Positions 53,851 through 64,000 of a stretch of 64,000 nucleotides of DNA are shown here, in pieces (position 1 is the stretch's first letter; every line of letters begins with the position of its first letter). Below the pieces are notes generated by a model. That model was not told the DNA's origin, ran no database searches, and saw only the letters and a program-made list of their open reading frames with translations. The DNA is taken from positions 1,054,001 to 1,118,000 of the forward strand of contig NC_043024.1 in assembly GCF_006345805.1 (NCBI RefSeq), in the 5' to 3' direction. This DNA is from Octopus sinensis (Eukaryota). The position numbers and the translations under genes were made by a program.

Positions 53851-54499
53851 ATTACGGAAATTGTATATTCCACTCCTTAATGGAGAATTACTTCATATAA
53901 ATTGCACTTTTATTGACCCCTAGGGGGATGAAAGGCAGATGTGACCTCAGCGGTCACCTTTGCATGTATATTACGTATTTTCTATGTATTATGCATGCAT
54001 TTATATAATATATATGTAATGTCATATGTGGGGATGGTCACCTTTTGCCAATTAAACATACTATTTGATCATCACTTTATTATTATTATTATCATTATTT
54101 TCATCAGCATCTTCTTTCAATTCTGTTTCCATTTCTTGCTGAGTTTCTTCCTGACACCTAGGGCAGAGAAACTCACTGTATACATTGGTAGGCCATTAAA
54201 ATCAACACACCAGATTGTTCATTTACAAAGTCATGTGATAGAGGTAAAGGGGAAGAAAGACAGAGAAAAAGGGAAAAAAATTTTAATTTTTAAATAAACA
54301 AAGAAAATAAAATGGAAAAAGAAGGAAAGAAAATTCACAGCGACAATACTCTTCTCATCATCATCATCATCATCATCTCAGTATGTGTTTTTTTTTCATC
54401 AAACTATTTCTCATCCCCCTTTTGGTATCAACCTTCTTGAGGCTGCATCTTGTTCTATAATTCAAACTCCCTGCTTGAAAGTGATATAATTTAAAACTT

Positions 54500-54732
54500 A
54501 AAGGTGGCGAACTGGCAGAAACGTTAGCACGCCAGGCGAAATGCGTAGCTGTATTTTGTCTGCCGCTACGTTCTGAGTTCAAATTCCACCGAGGTCAACT
54601 TTGCCTTTCATCCTTTCGGTGTCGATAGATTAAGTACCAGTTAAGTACCAGGGTCGATATAATTGACTTGATCCGTTTGGCTGTCCTTGTTTGTCCCCTC
54701 TGTGTGTAGTCCCCTGTGGGCAGTAAAGAAAT
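54500..54732 (+). mobile_element. Full-length SINE family B with a 16-bp TSD
   Basis: TGGCAGAAACGTTAGC A-box region and GAGTTCAAATTCC B box. ATATAATTTAAAACTT at 54484 and 54733. Confidence 0.9.
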
Positions 54733-55238
54733 ATATAATTTAAAACTTTCCATCAAAATTCCATGTTAATTTATATTCCAAACACCATTTTAATAAATGA
54801 CAAAAATTGTTTTACTTAACCCGATTGAGACCAATGGTGTTTTCGTATGTGTTGCCAAAAAGACCAAATTTCTCTTTCTATTGAGATACATTGACTGAAA
54901 GATGGTCTCTGATTAGCTATCACATTTTAAAGCCAACTCATTCACAAGATTTGTTCCCTTGGGCCGATGGATCGGCCTCAAAGTCCTTCCAGCTTGTATC
55001 ACTAGGGCCGATCAACTGGCCTGGATGTCCCATGAGGGTTAATTCTTCTTCATTTCCAAAACTAACTGAAAGAAACGCAGAGTATTGCCTTAGAAATCTA
55101 CTAATGAAATGGTTGACTCTTAAATGAACCTAAATTCATTTGATAAAATTGAAAACATCATTACTTTCGTTTTTGTTTTCTCGTTTCCAAATTTTTACAA
55201 AAAATTGGCACTTATAAAAATTTTTGTTTCATTTATAG

Positions 55239-55316
55239 GGACCCAATAATGCAGGCATGTCTGTAAATTCGAGGAGTTTTGCCAGTCGTAAATTAACTGG
55301 GCAAAATCTGCGACTG
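55239..55316 (+). CDS. Internal coding exon, GPNNAGMSVNSRSFASRKLTGQNLRL
   Basis: Acceptor tttttgtttcatttatag| and consensus donor CTG|GTAAGT. 78 nt, open in phase 0-0 and compatible with the upstream exon. Confidence 0.7.
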
Positions 55317-55483
55317 GTAAGTATTTCTTTGAAGTGTGTGTTTAAGGCATCCAAGCCATGTTCGTGTGTTCAATACTAAACCATGAATAACCTGTCATCT
55401 AAATTACACATGAAAATAACACTGACTTCACATTTTAACAGATATATTTGCTTAAAAATATCTTGAAATACTAAATAATAAAT

Positions 55484-55800
55484 TCATTCAATAAAATTGC
55501 CATTGGTTTCAAGCACATCCTCCAGACAACTTTGGAATCTCCTGCAACTCTTCTGGATGGTCTCCTTGTTTAAGTTGGTGAATGCTGCCATAATCTTTGC
55601 CTTCAGTTCATCTTTGGTGTTGCAAGGAGTTTTGTTGGTCTCTTGCTCATCTATGCCCCACACATAATAATCAAGGGGGTTGCAATCTGGGGAGTTAGGT
55701 GGCCAGATGTTAGGAGTGATGTGGTCGCAGAAATTGTCTGACAGCCATGACTGGGTTCTCCTGCTTGTATGGCATGGTACAGAGTCCTGTTGCCACACTT
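55484..55800 (-). pseudogene. Tc1/mariner DD37D (maT) transposase C-terminal fragment
   Basis: VWQQD...WPPNSPDCNPLDYYVWG, with 37 residues counted between the second and third catalytic Asp. It ends NGNFIE*. Confidence 0.9.
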
Positions 55801-55814
55801 TGAAATTATATTTC

Positions 55815-56205
55815 TCTTTTACTCTTTTACTTGTTTCAGTCATTTGACTGTGGCCATGCTGGAGCACCGCCTTTAGTCGAGCAAATCGACCCCGGGACTT
55901 ATTCTTTGTAAGCCCAGTACTTATTCTATCGGTCTCTTTTGCCGAACCGCTAAGTGACGGGGACATAAACACACCAGCATCAGTTGTCAAGCAATGCTAG
56001 GGGGACAAACACACATACATACACATATATACATATATACAATGGGCTTCTTTCAGTTTCCGTCTACCAAATCCACTCACAAGGCATTGGTCGGCCCGGG
56101 GCTATAGCAGAAGACACTTGCCCAAGATGCCACGCAGTGGGACTGAACCCGGAACCATGTGGTTGGTTAGCAAGCTACTTACCACACAGCCACTCCTGCG
56201 CCTAT
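55815..56205 (-). mobile_element. SINE family A
   Basis: Near-consensus full-length copy. Confidence 0.9.
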
Positions 56206-56905
56206 TTCTGATCATACACACCACTTTCAGTATTATTTTTAACAAGTTTGAAGTGATTTCTTTTGTGCTGTAAACCATTTACCATTTCCATGCCCTCCCC
56301 CCCTCCTTGATATCCTAAGCATGTGCTTATTTTACATGATGGTTAATCCTGCTCTAAGAATGGCCCTTGGGATCAATACACAACTTACTTCTCTAAAATA
56401 GTAAATAAAAGACAAATATTTTCACAGATAATGTGCTAGTCACTCAGTGTTATCCTTTCCGGGATGTATGGTATCAATTCTTCATCTGTGGAAATCAAAT
56501 GGCCAAGTGGGGTAGGGTATTTAGCTATCAGGCCATGGGTTTTCGGTTTCAAATCTACTACCGCTGTTTTGTTTTGAATTTTGAAGGTGAACTTATTGTC
56601 TCTGCTCAGTTCATTTCATATGAACCTTGTCTACCAAGAAACAGCTGGATCTGTAGAGAAGAAAGATTCGGGTTAGCTAATTTGAATAGATATATGACTT
56701 TACAGCTCCAGTCAACCCTTCCCTGATAAAGACAAACGTGTGATAAAAATATTTCATACATACATATAATATAGTATGTGTGTATGTGTATGTATATATG
56801 TTTGTATATATGTATGTGTGTGTATTTATAAATATATATATATATCTATATATATATATATATATATAAATGAAAGAATGGAGTTGAACGACATAAGTTC
56901 CTTGT

Positions 56906-56988
56906 TTTTCCTGATGAGAAGGCGGCATAATGCACCCCTTATTCCTTCGAAATTAGGAATATGCAGCCTTCGAAACATATGTCGAAAA
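56906..56988 (+). ncRNA. Type-I hammerhead ribozyme motif with an extended stem II
   Basis: ttttc-CTGATGA-gaaggc...gccttc-GAAAC-ATAT-GTC-gaaaa. The core is intact, the triplet is GUC and stem III is the palindrome ACATATGT. It is enclosed by a 27-bp inverted repeat (56866-56892 / 57014-57040). Confidence 0.8.
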
Positions 56989-57196
56989 TAAAATAAAGGA
57001 ATTTTGTTAATTCGTCGTTCAACTCCATTCTTTCATTTATTTGTATTTAAAAAAACACACAAATTTCCACACGAAAGCACGTGATCTCTGCCCTAGGCAC
57101 GTAACTTCAACCATGTTTTTCTGACGTGAATTTGCTACCCAGGTATCGGTTAACCGAATTATCCATAATAAGATAATTCATTCAACTACTCAATTA

Positions 57197-57288
<92 letters not shown>

Positions 57289-57366
57289 GCATGAGTGTGT
57301 GTGTATCTATAATCAGATATGTAAACTTTTGCCCTTGGTTAAAGCTATTTTACTTGCTTATTGCAG

Positions 57367-57402
57367 GTATGTCAACCTTCCAACTGCCCAGAAATGAGAC
57401 AG
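57367..57402 (+). CDS. 36-nt coding microexon, VCQPSNCPEMRQ
   Basis: Acceptor ttttacttgcttattgcag| and consensus donor CAG|GTGAGT. 36 nt, open in phase 0-0 and continuing the frame. Confidence 0.6.
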
Positions 57403-57714
57403 GTGAGTAAAATAAAAAGAAACATTCGTGTTCAATGTGTATATATATGTATATATATATATACTGTATCTTTCAATGAATTTTGTATGTGTATACGGGT
57501 GTAGGTGTAGTTGGGGAAAAATTCCTTTAAAAATTAAATATTATTTTTAAAAAGATCTTTTAAAAACACACCTTATAACACAGCCCATATGGAGCATATT
57601 AAGAAGAATTTTGAGTAAATGCTTTTAGCCATGACAGGCTCTTCAGATACCTGATATAAACCAGTTTCTGCGTTGTTATCTTTATAATAATTTTTTGGTA
57701 ACATTTCTCAGTAT

Positions 57715-58020
57715 TTCTAGAATGTTTTTGCATTGAATATCTTTATAAAATTTTCTTCTTTTGCTTTTACATAATTGTTAGTTTTCTTGTTTGATTTTGA
57801 AATATTGGAATACTTTGAATTTCCCATTTGCACAGATAAATAACTGTTCACTCTTTGGAACATTCCTGACGGATGGATTCCTAATTGTTGTTTATGTACC
57901 CTGACTCAGTTCATTAATTTTGTTCCTGTTTGACCAATATAATTTTTATTGCATTGCTGATATGTAATGCAATAAATTAGGCTTTCTCTCTTGCAATTCA
58001 AACTGGAATATGAATTTTTT
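57715..58020 (-). pseudogene. Penelope-like element GIY-YIG endonuclease remnant
   Basis: The minus strand reads LNCKRESLIYCITYQQCNKNYIGQTGTKLMN*VRVHKQQ...KAKEENFIKIF, with LIY/YIG motifs, a stop and frameshifts. Confidence 0.8.
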
Positions 58021-58092
58021 CCTATTATTGAAGTTTTTAATCCTGTTCAGTGAAGTCAACCAGTGACAGCCAAAAGCACTTACACAAAAATA

Positions 58093-58483
58093 TCTTTATA
58101 TATAAAAGAGAGGTTGTGTGTCTCTCCTACGATTTAGATTCCTAACTACTCCCACATTTTGCGGTGCAGTTTAACCAAAACCGGGTATATTATAGTCGTG
58201 ATTCATATCGAGCCCTTCTGGGTATTAGCGTGCGTCTACGATGAGTCTACGATTTTAAAGATAATTTACCATCATTTTTTTCCATTTTAATGCATATTTT
58301 TTTTAATATAAGGGAAGTAACTCTCTAAAAATGTCTACGATGAGTCAACGATTTAAAAAAAATTTACCGTCATTTTTTTTCCATTTTTAATGCATTTTTT
58401 GCTATTTTTTGGCTATAACTCTCTAAAAATGCTTTATAGTTATTTCCCTTACAAACCCGAGCAATGCCGGGCGATACTGCTTG
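58093..58483 (+). mobile_element. Non-autonomous Helitron
   Basis: Inserted as A|TC...CTTG|T with subterminal hairpin CCCGAGCAATGCCGGG and an internal direct repeat of about 100 bp. Confidence 0.75.
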
Positions 58484-58557
58484 TTCTTTATATTTTCATA
58501 ATAATAACATCAAAAAATACCTTAGGAATGAGACCCCAGGTTTGAAATTTCCCCAAG

Positions 58558-58601
58558 ACACCTGATGAAGGCTGGAGGGTACATCAGCCGAAACGTTGTG
58601 T
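58558..58601 (+). ncRNA. Minimal type-I hammerhead ribozyme motif
   Basis: acac-CTGATGA-a-ggctg-gagggtacat-cagcc-GAAACGTT-gtgt. Stems I and II pair and stem III is reduced to the palindrome AACGTT. Confidence 0.7.
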
Positions 58602-58637
58602 TAACAGCAAACAAGATGAGGATAAATATCCGTCAAT

Positions 58638-58845
58638 TGTAAATAATGTAAATAATGTACATAATGTAAATAATGTAAATAATGTAAATAATGTACATAA
58701 TGTACATAATGTACATAATGTAAATAATGTAAATAATGTACATAATGTAAATAATGTAAATAATGTACATAATGTAAATAATGTAAATAATGTAAATAAT
58801 GTACATAATGTAAATAATGTAAATAATGTAAATAATGTACATAAT
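58638..58845. repeat. 9-bp minisatellite TGTA(A/C)ATAA, about 23 units
   Basis: Directly visible. Confidence 0.95.
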
Positions 58846-58919
58846 TCCTCATCTCTTAAATATAGAATTGAACAACTCTCTCCCTTCTGCAATCGTCAAA
58901 TTAATATATTTTTTGCACA

Positions 58920-59165
58920 TGTCGTATATATGTATATATATATATATATGTTTGTGTGTTTGTGTGTCTGTGTTTGTCCCCCTAGCATTGCTTGACAACC
59001 GATGCTGGTGTGTTTACGTCCCCGTCACTTAGCGGTTCGGCAAAAGAGACCGATAGAATAAGTACTGGGCTTACAAAGAATAAGTCCTGGGGTCGATTTG
59101 CTCGACTAAAGGCGGTGCTCCAGCATGGCCGCAGTCAAATGACTGAAACGAGTAAAAGAGAGAGT
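58920..59165 (+). mobile_element. SINE family A, 3' half
   Basis: Near-consensus tail. Confidence 0.85.
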
Positions 59166-60371
59166 ATGTCCCCATGTTCGTTTTGTTTTTGTTTCTTTTG
59201 TCTCTGGTTTTTAATTGTTTGTTTGAATGAACTATTTGCGTGTGCATGTGTGTGTGTGCCTTGAAAGAGGCATTTACATGTTCCAGTATATTACTGGTAC
59301 TTGAACTTCATTGAGTTATTGGAATGGCTAAAACTGAATACGGGGTTCAGGTGGAAGCTAAAAATATGAGTCTGTTGGTTGGTTTTGAACTCAGAAACGC
59401 AAGCACAATAGCAGACCTGGGCTGTTAGTTGCAACACGAAACATCCGGAACCTTCTGCCCAACTCCCCCCCTCCAAAAAAAAATCAATAGACTGGAATAA
59501 AACAAATAAATAAATAAATAAATAAATAAAATCAGGGAAATCAAAAACTAAAGGTGGCAATAACAATGATGATAATTAGTACCTTCGAAACGAGGAATTA
59601 CTGTGTAAGGTTGGTGCGGGGAGTTGTGGGGTGAGGGGGCTCAGGGGCAGGGGTGTATGTGTGTTTGTGTGTCTGGGAATTTGATGAGGGGTGAGGGAGG
59701 GCAACCATAAATCATGGCCTCCTCATTTCTCCGACACCCAATTGTTGTTGCTGCTGTTGTTGTTGTTACTTACCTAATTGTATATTCATTAGCAAAATTC
59801 ATTTAAATAGTTCTGAATGCCTGTCTCTCAACCCCCCATCCCTACCCCTTCCCACCCACACATACCCCCACCCCACCCCACAAAAAAACTTACCATCATT
59901 TCCTCGTCTTCCCGTCTCCCCCTCCTGTCTTCACCCACCCCACTCCCTACCACCCCACCCCACCCGCATCTTATCGCCGATAACCGTTGCCTTCGTTTAT
60001 CAAATTGATTTTAATAAAACTATTGTTATTGTAATTAGTGATGGTCGTTATCGTTACAGTTGTTGCCATTGAAAATAATTGCTCTTGTTGTTGTTGTTGT
60101 TATCATGAGGGCCGTACCTATACGGAATTGGTAGCAGTAGTGAACCAAAATGCCTTTTATCATTTAGCTATATAGATATATATTCCTCTACATCATGAGT
60201 TCAAACCCCACCAAGGCTATTTCTGCATTTCATCATTCTAGGCTCAACATCTGTTGCTCGAGTATTAATTTTTGGTGGTGGTGACAATTCTTCTCTCTCT
60301 CTCTCTCTTCCTCTCTGTCTCTCTCACTTTTCCTCTCTTTCTGGAAGAAACCTGCTGGAGTCAGAATTGGA

Positions 60372-60604
60372 AAAGGCGGCGAGCTGGCAGAACGTTAGCA
60401 ATCCGGGCAAAATGCTTTGTGGTATTTCGTCCGCCGCTGCGTTCTGAGTTCAAATTCCGCCGAGGTCGACTTTGCCTTTCATCCTTTCGGGATCGATAAA
60501 TTAAGTACCAGTTATGCACTGGGGTCGATGTAATTGACTTAATTCGTTTGTCTGTCCTTGTTTGTCCCCTCTATGTTTAGCCCCTTGTGGGCAATAAAGA
60601 AATA
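60372..60604 (+). mobile_element. Full-length SINE family B with TSD
   Basis: AGAATTGGAAAAGG (60363) / AGAATTGGCAAAGG (60605). Confidence 0.9.
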
Positions 60605-60619
60605 AGAATTGGCAAAGGT

Positions 60620-61380
60620 AAAGTTACCTTCTCGAGTCATGCTGACTCATAAGGGCTGGTTTCCCTGTTTCCATGACATGTATATTCCCCACCTGGACGG
60701 GACACCAGTCCATCACAGGGTCACTCACTTTAGCCAGCCAAGTGGACTGGGGCAACGTGAAATGAAGTGTTTTGCTCAAGAACATAACATGTCACCTGGT
60801 CCAGGAATTGAAGCCACAATCTCACAATCGTGAGTCCAACACTCCTAACCACTGAGCCATGTGCCTCCACAAAAGTAAAGTTACCTTCTTGAATTATGGT
60901 GACTCATAAGGCCCAGTTTCATGGTGTATATATTCCCCCACCTGGATGGGACACCGGTCCATCACAGGGACTGAGTGGCCTGGGGCAACGTGAAATGAAG
61001 TGTTTTGCTCAAGAACGCAATGCATTGCCTGGTCCAGGAATTGAAACCATAAGCGACATGGTTCCAGGTTCAGTCTCATTGTATGGTACCTTGTACAAGT
61101 GTCTTCTACTATAGCCTTGGGCCAAACAAAGCCTTGTGAGTGGATTTGGTAGATGGAAACTGAAAGAAGCTCATTTTGTGTGTGTCTGTGTTTGTCTTCC
61201 TCCACTGCCTGACAACTGGTGTTGGTGTGTTTACGTCCCTGTAACTTAGCAGTTTGGCAAAAGATACTGATAGAATAAGTAGTAGGCTTTAAAAAGAAAA
61301 TAAGTACTGGGGTCGATTTGTTCAGCCTCAAAAGGTGGTGCCCCAGCATGGCCGTAGTGTAATGACTGAAACAAGTAAAA
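60620..61380. mobile_element. SINE D(-) fragments followed by SINE A(+)
   Basis: CAACGTGAAATGAAGTGTTTTGCTCAAGAAC occurs twice. SINE A starts at about 61055. Confidence 0.7.
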
Positions 61381-61634
61381 AATTTTTTAAATTACCAGTT
61401 CAACAAACAATACAATACTTTAACAGGAAACGTTACCAACTGAGAATATTTCTGGACATTATAAATGCGCTCATGCTTTGTCCTCTCTTTGCCTTGTCAA
61501 CTGCTACTACAACAGCTGCTGTTCTTATGATCTCCATACTGCATTCACCCTGTGCCTTCCAGTTCCAGTTGTTCATTGTGTGTGTGTGTGTGTGTGTGTG
61601 GGATGAATGTATTAGAATCCTCATTGTTTGAAAT

Positions 61635-62079
61635 ATATCATTAAAGTTTATTACATTTTTGGATTTGGTTTGCAAGATCCTTTATGTGAGTTGGTGTGTT
61701 GAAGCATATTCTGTTGTGTCTGAGGAGAGTCATTTTCTTTCTGTGCCTTATAATGTAACACACGCATCGGTAAAATTTCCACTTATTCCTTATTTTTATT
61801 TTCCTAAAATAAAAATAGTCTTCTAGAAGACTATTGAAAAGGTTGCAAGTTGCAATGAAAATTTTAGGAAAATAAAAAAGAAATAAATGGAAATTTTCCT
61901 CTTATTTCTTTTTTATTTCCCTAAAATTTTTGTTGCGTCTTGCAACCTTTCCAATAGTCTTCTAGCAGACTATTGAAAAGGTTGCAAGACGCAACAAAAA
62001 TTTTACTGGTGAGTGTGTTAAATTATAAGGCACTAAAAGAGAATGACTCTCTCCAGACACAACAGAATATCATTAAAGT
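61635..62079. repeat. Nested fold-back element
   Basis: Outer arms 61706-61779 / about 61998-62070. Inner palindromes are centred on AATAGTCTTCTAG(A/C)AGACTATT at about 61825 and 61963. Confidence 0.85.
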
Positions 62080-62086
62080 ATATATG

Positions 62087-62121
<35 letters not shown>

Positions 62122-62144
62122 GTATGTATATGTATGTATGTATG

Positions 62145-62176
<32 letters not shown>

Positions 62177-62337
62177 TGTGTATGTATGTATGTATGTATG
62201 TATGTATATGTATGTATGTATATATATGTATGTATGTATATATGTATGTATGTATGTATATATATATATATGTATGTATGTATGTATATGTATGTATGTA
62301 TATATATGTATGTATGTATATATATGTATGTATGTGT

Positions 62338-62389
<52 letters not shown>

Positions 62390-62391
<2 letters not shown>

Positions 62392-62697
62392 GGAGGCGCA
62401 ATGGCCCAGTGGTTAGGGTAGCGGACTTGCAGTCGTAGGATCGTGGTTTTGATTCCCAGACCTGGCGGTGTGAGTGTTTATTGAGCGAAAATATCTAAAG
62501 CCCCACGAGGCTCCGGCAGGGGGTGGTGGCGATCCCTGCTGTACTCTTTCGCCACAACTTTCACTCTTTCTTCTGTTGGCCTGCTCGCTTAACCAGCAGG
62601 GTGGCGTCATTTGAAGGCTAAAACCAATGCAAAGTGCATTGTGACCAGCGATGTGTAGCAACATCTGATGGACTGGTTGGTCACGTGATCACGTGAT
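62390..62697 (+). mobile_element. tRNA-derived SINE family E
   Basis: TGGCCCAGTGG A box and GGTTTTGATTCC B box. The tail GCATTGTGACCAGCGATGTG is shared with about 11555, 21060(-) and 62860. Confidence 0.75.
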
Positions 62698-63845
62698 ATA
62701 TATGTATGTATACTTTCCCTGATTGGCAGCACATTGTGTTCTTGAGTAAAACAATTCATTTCATGTTACTGCATTCCCCCCCTTCCAATCAGGGGGGACT
62801 GTTGGCCTACTCCCTTACCCAGCAGGGTAGCATCATTTGAAGGCTAAATCAATGCAAAACGCATTGTGACTAGCAATGTGTAACAACATCTGATAGCTTA
62901 GTTGGTCAAGTGTTGTGTGTGTGTGTGTATAGGAAGTAGTATCAAAAACGTTTCCAGATTTGTTATGTTTAGCAAAATATAACTTATTTGCCTAATTTTT
63001 AACATCAGAGGCAAAAAATGGTTGAGAAGCACTAAAATGGAGTCTGTGACCCAATGACTGAATGGCCAAAATCTTTCGATGGTGGAATGGTTTTGCACGC
63101 AGAATGCCAGCTTTAGAATGCATTAGTGCCAAGCTGTTTGTCAGTTTGAAATCCAGAGTTCAAATGCTGCCAAGGTCAGTCTACCCATTCAGCCAAACAC
63201 AGATCAATAATACGTATTATTACGGCAGAAGTAATCAATGCTCAATATCTGGCTTGGGTCAACATTTGTTGGGTTTCTGGGTCACCAGTTAAAGCTTGCG
63301 CTTCACTGCTGCTCCTGCTGCTGCCGCTGCTGCTACCGCTTTTTTTTAATGTTGTTATTGTTATTGTTCGTGGTGGTGATGATGATGATGTTGGTGTTGT
63401 TGGTGTTCTTCTTGTTACTGCTTATTGTTGTTGTTGCTGTGGCTGTTGTTGGAGGCGGATGAATGTCACCTGGGCTACAAAACAGCAACAGGAACACTGA
63501 TAGCTATAGCTACAGTACAACAACAACGACAACAACAATAGCAACAACAATGGCAGAGGGAGAAAAGGTCTGATCACAAGTTGCCATTGATGTTATTAAT
63601 AAGCAGCAACAAGAAATAAAAGCTTCCAACGGACCCAGGAGGGAGATTAATCTTAATAATATATGAATCACATGCTCTCACACACACACACACATGCATG
63701 TGTATGTGTGTGTGTGGGTGAATATGAACATACATACAAATATATATATGTATATATATAAACACATACAAAGATGTGTACAAATATGATATGATACATA
63801 ATATATATATGTATATATATATGTATATGTATATATACATATATG

Positions 63846-63882
<37 letters not shown>

Positions 63883-64000
63883 TGTATATACATATATGTA
63901 TATACATATATGTATATATATGTATGTATATGTATGTATATACTATATGTATGTATATATGTATCTATATATGATGTATATATGTATCTATATATGTATG

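Noticed and set aside
55484-55990. 168-aa ORF as an intact or domesticated transposase
   Set aside because: The N-terminal part is SINE A read-through and only the C-terminal third of the DD37D transposase is present.
58638-58845. CRISPR-like or coding interpretation of the 9-mer array (also 17077-17263)
   Set aside because: These are contiguous tandem units without unique spacers, in a eukaryotic context with no cas genes.
1102-63907. Long ORFs rich in YI/IYLS/CV/HT/RQTD repeats
   Set aside because: They are translations of stop-free microsatellites, not genes.

Overview
Eukaryotic, AT-rich, repeat-saturated genomic DNA. The tRNA-headed SINE families, the RTE tails ending in (GAT)n and the extreme TA/GATA/TG microsatellite load point to an octopus or other coleoid cephalopod (inference). 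Almost all ORFs in the supplied track are microsatellite or SINE artefacts. The real content has three parts. (1) The 5' part of one long + strand protein-coding gene that I cannot name: a candidate non-coding exon ending at 10784, an ATG exon 28930-29396, and two small phase-0 exons at 55239-55316 and 57367-57402. (2) Decayed transposons from many clades: L1/Tx1, RTE, R4/Dong-like, CRE-like, Penelope GIY-YIG, hAT, mariner, DD37D/maT, Helitron and MITEs. (3) About ten minimal type-I hammerhead-ribozyme motifs, most in short fold-back cassettes next to or inside (TA)n tracts. The most interesting observations are the hammerhead/fold-back system, including intact-looking sense-strand ribozymes on both sides of the 36-nt microexon, and an AG|GTATGT recursive-splice-site signature at the start of that microexon. 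All calls were made by eye. Repeat boundaries are approximate (about +/-10-20 nt) and nothing was checked against databases.
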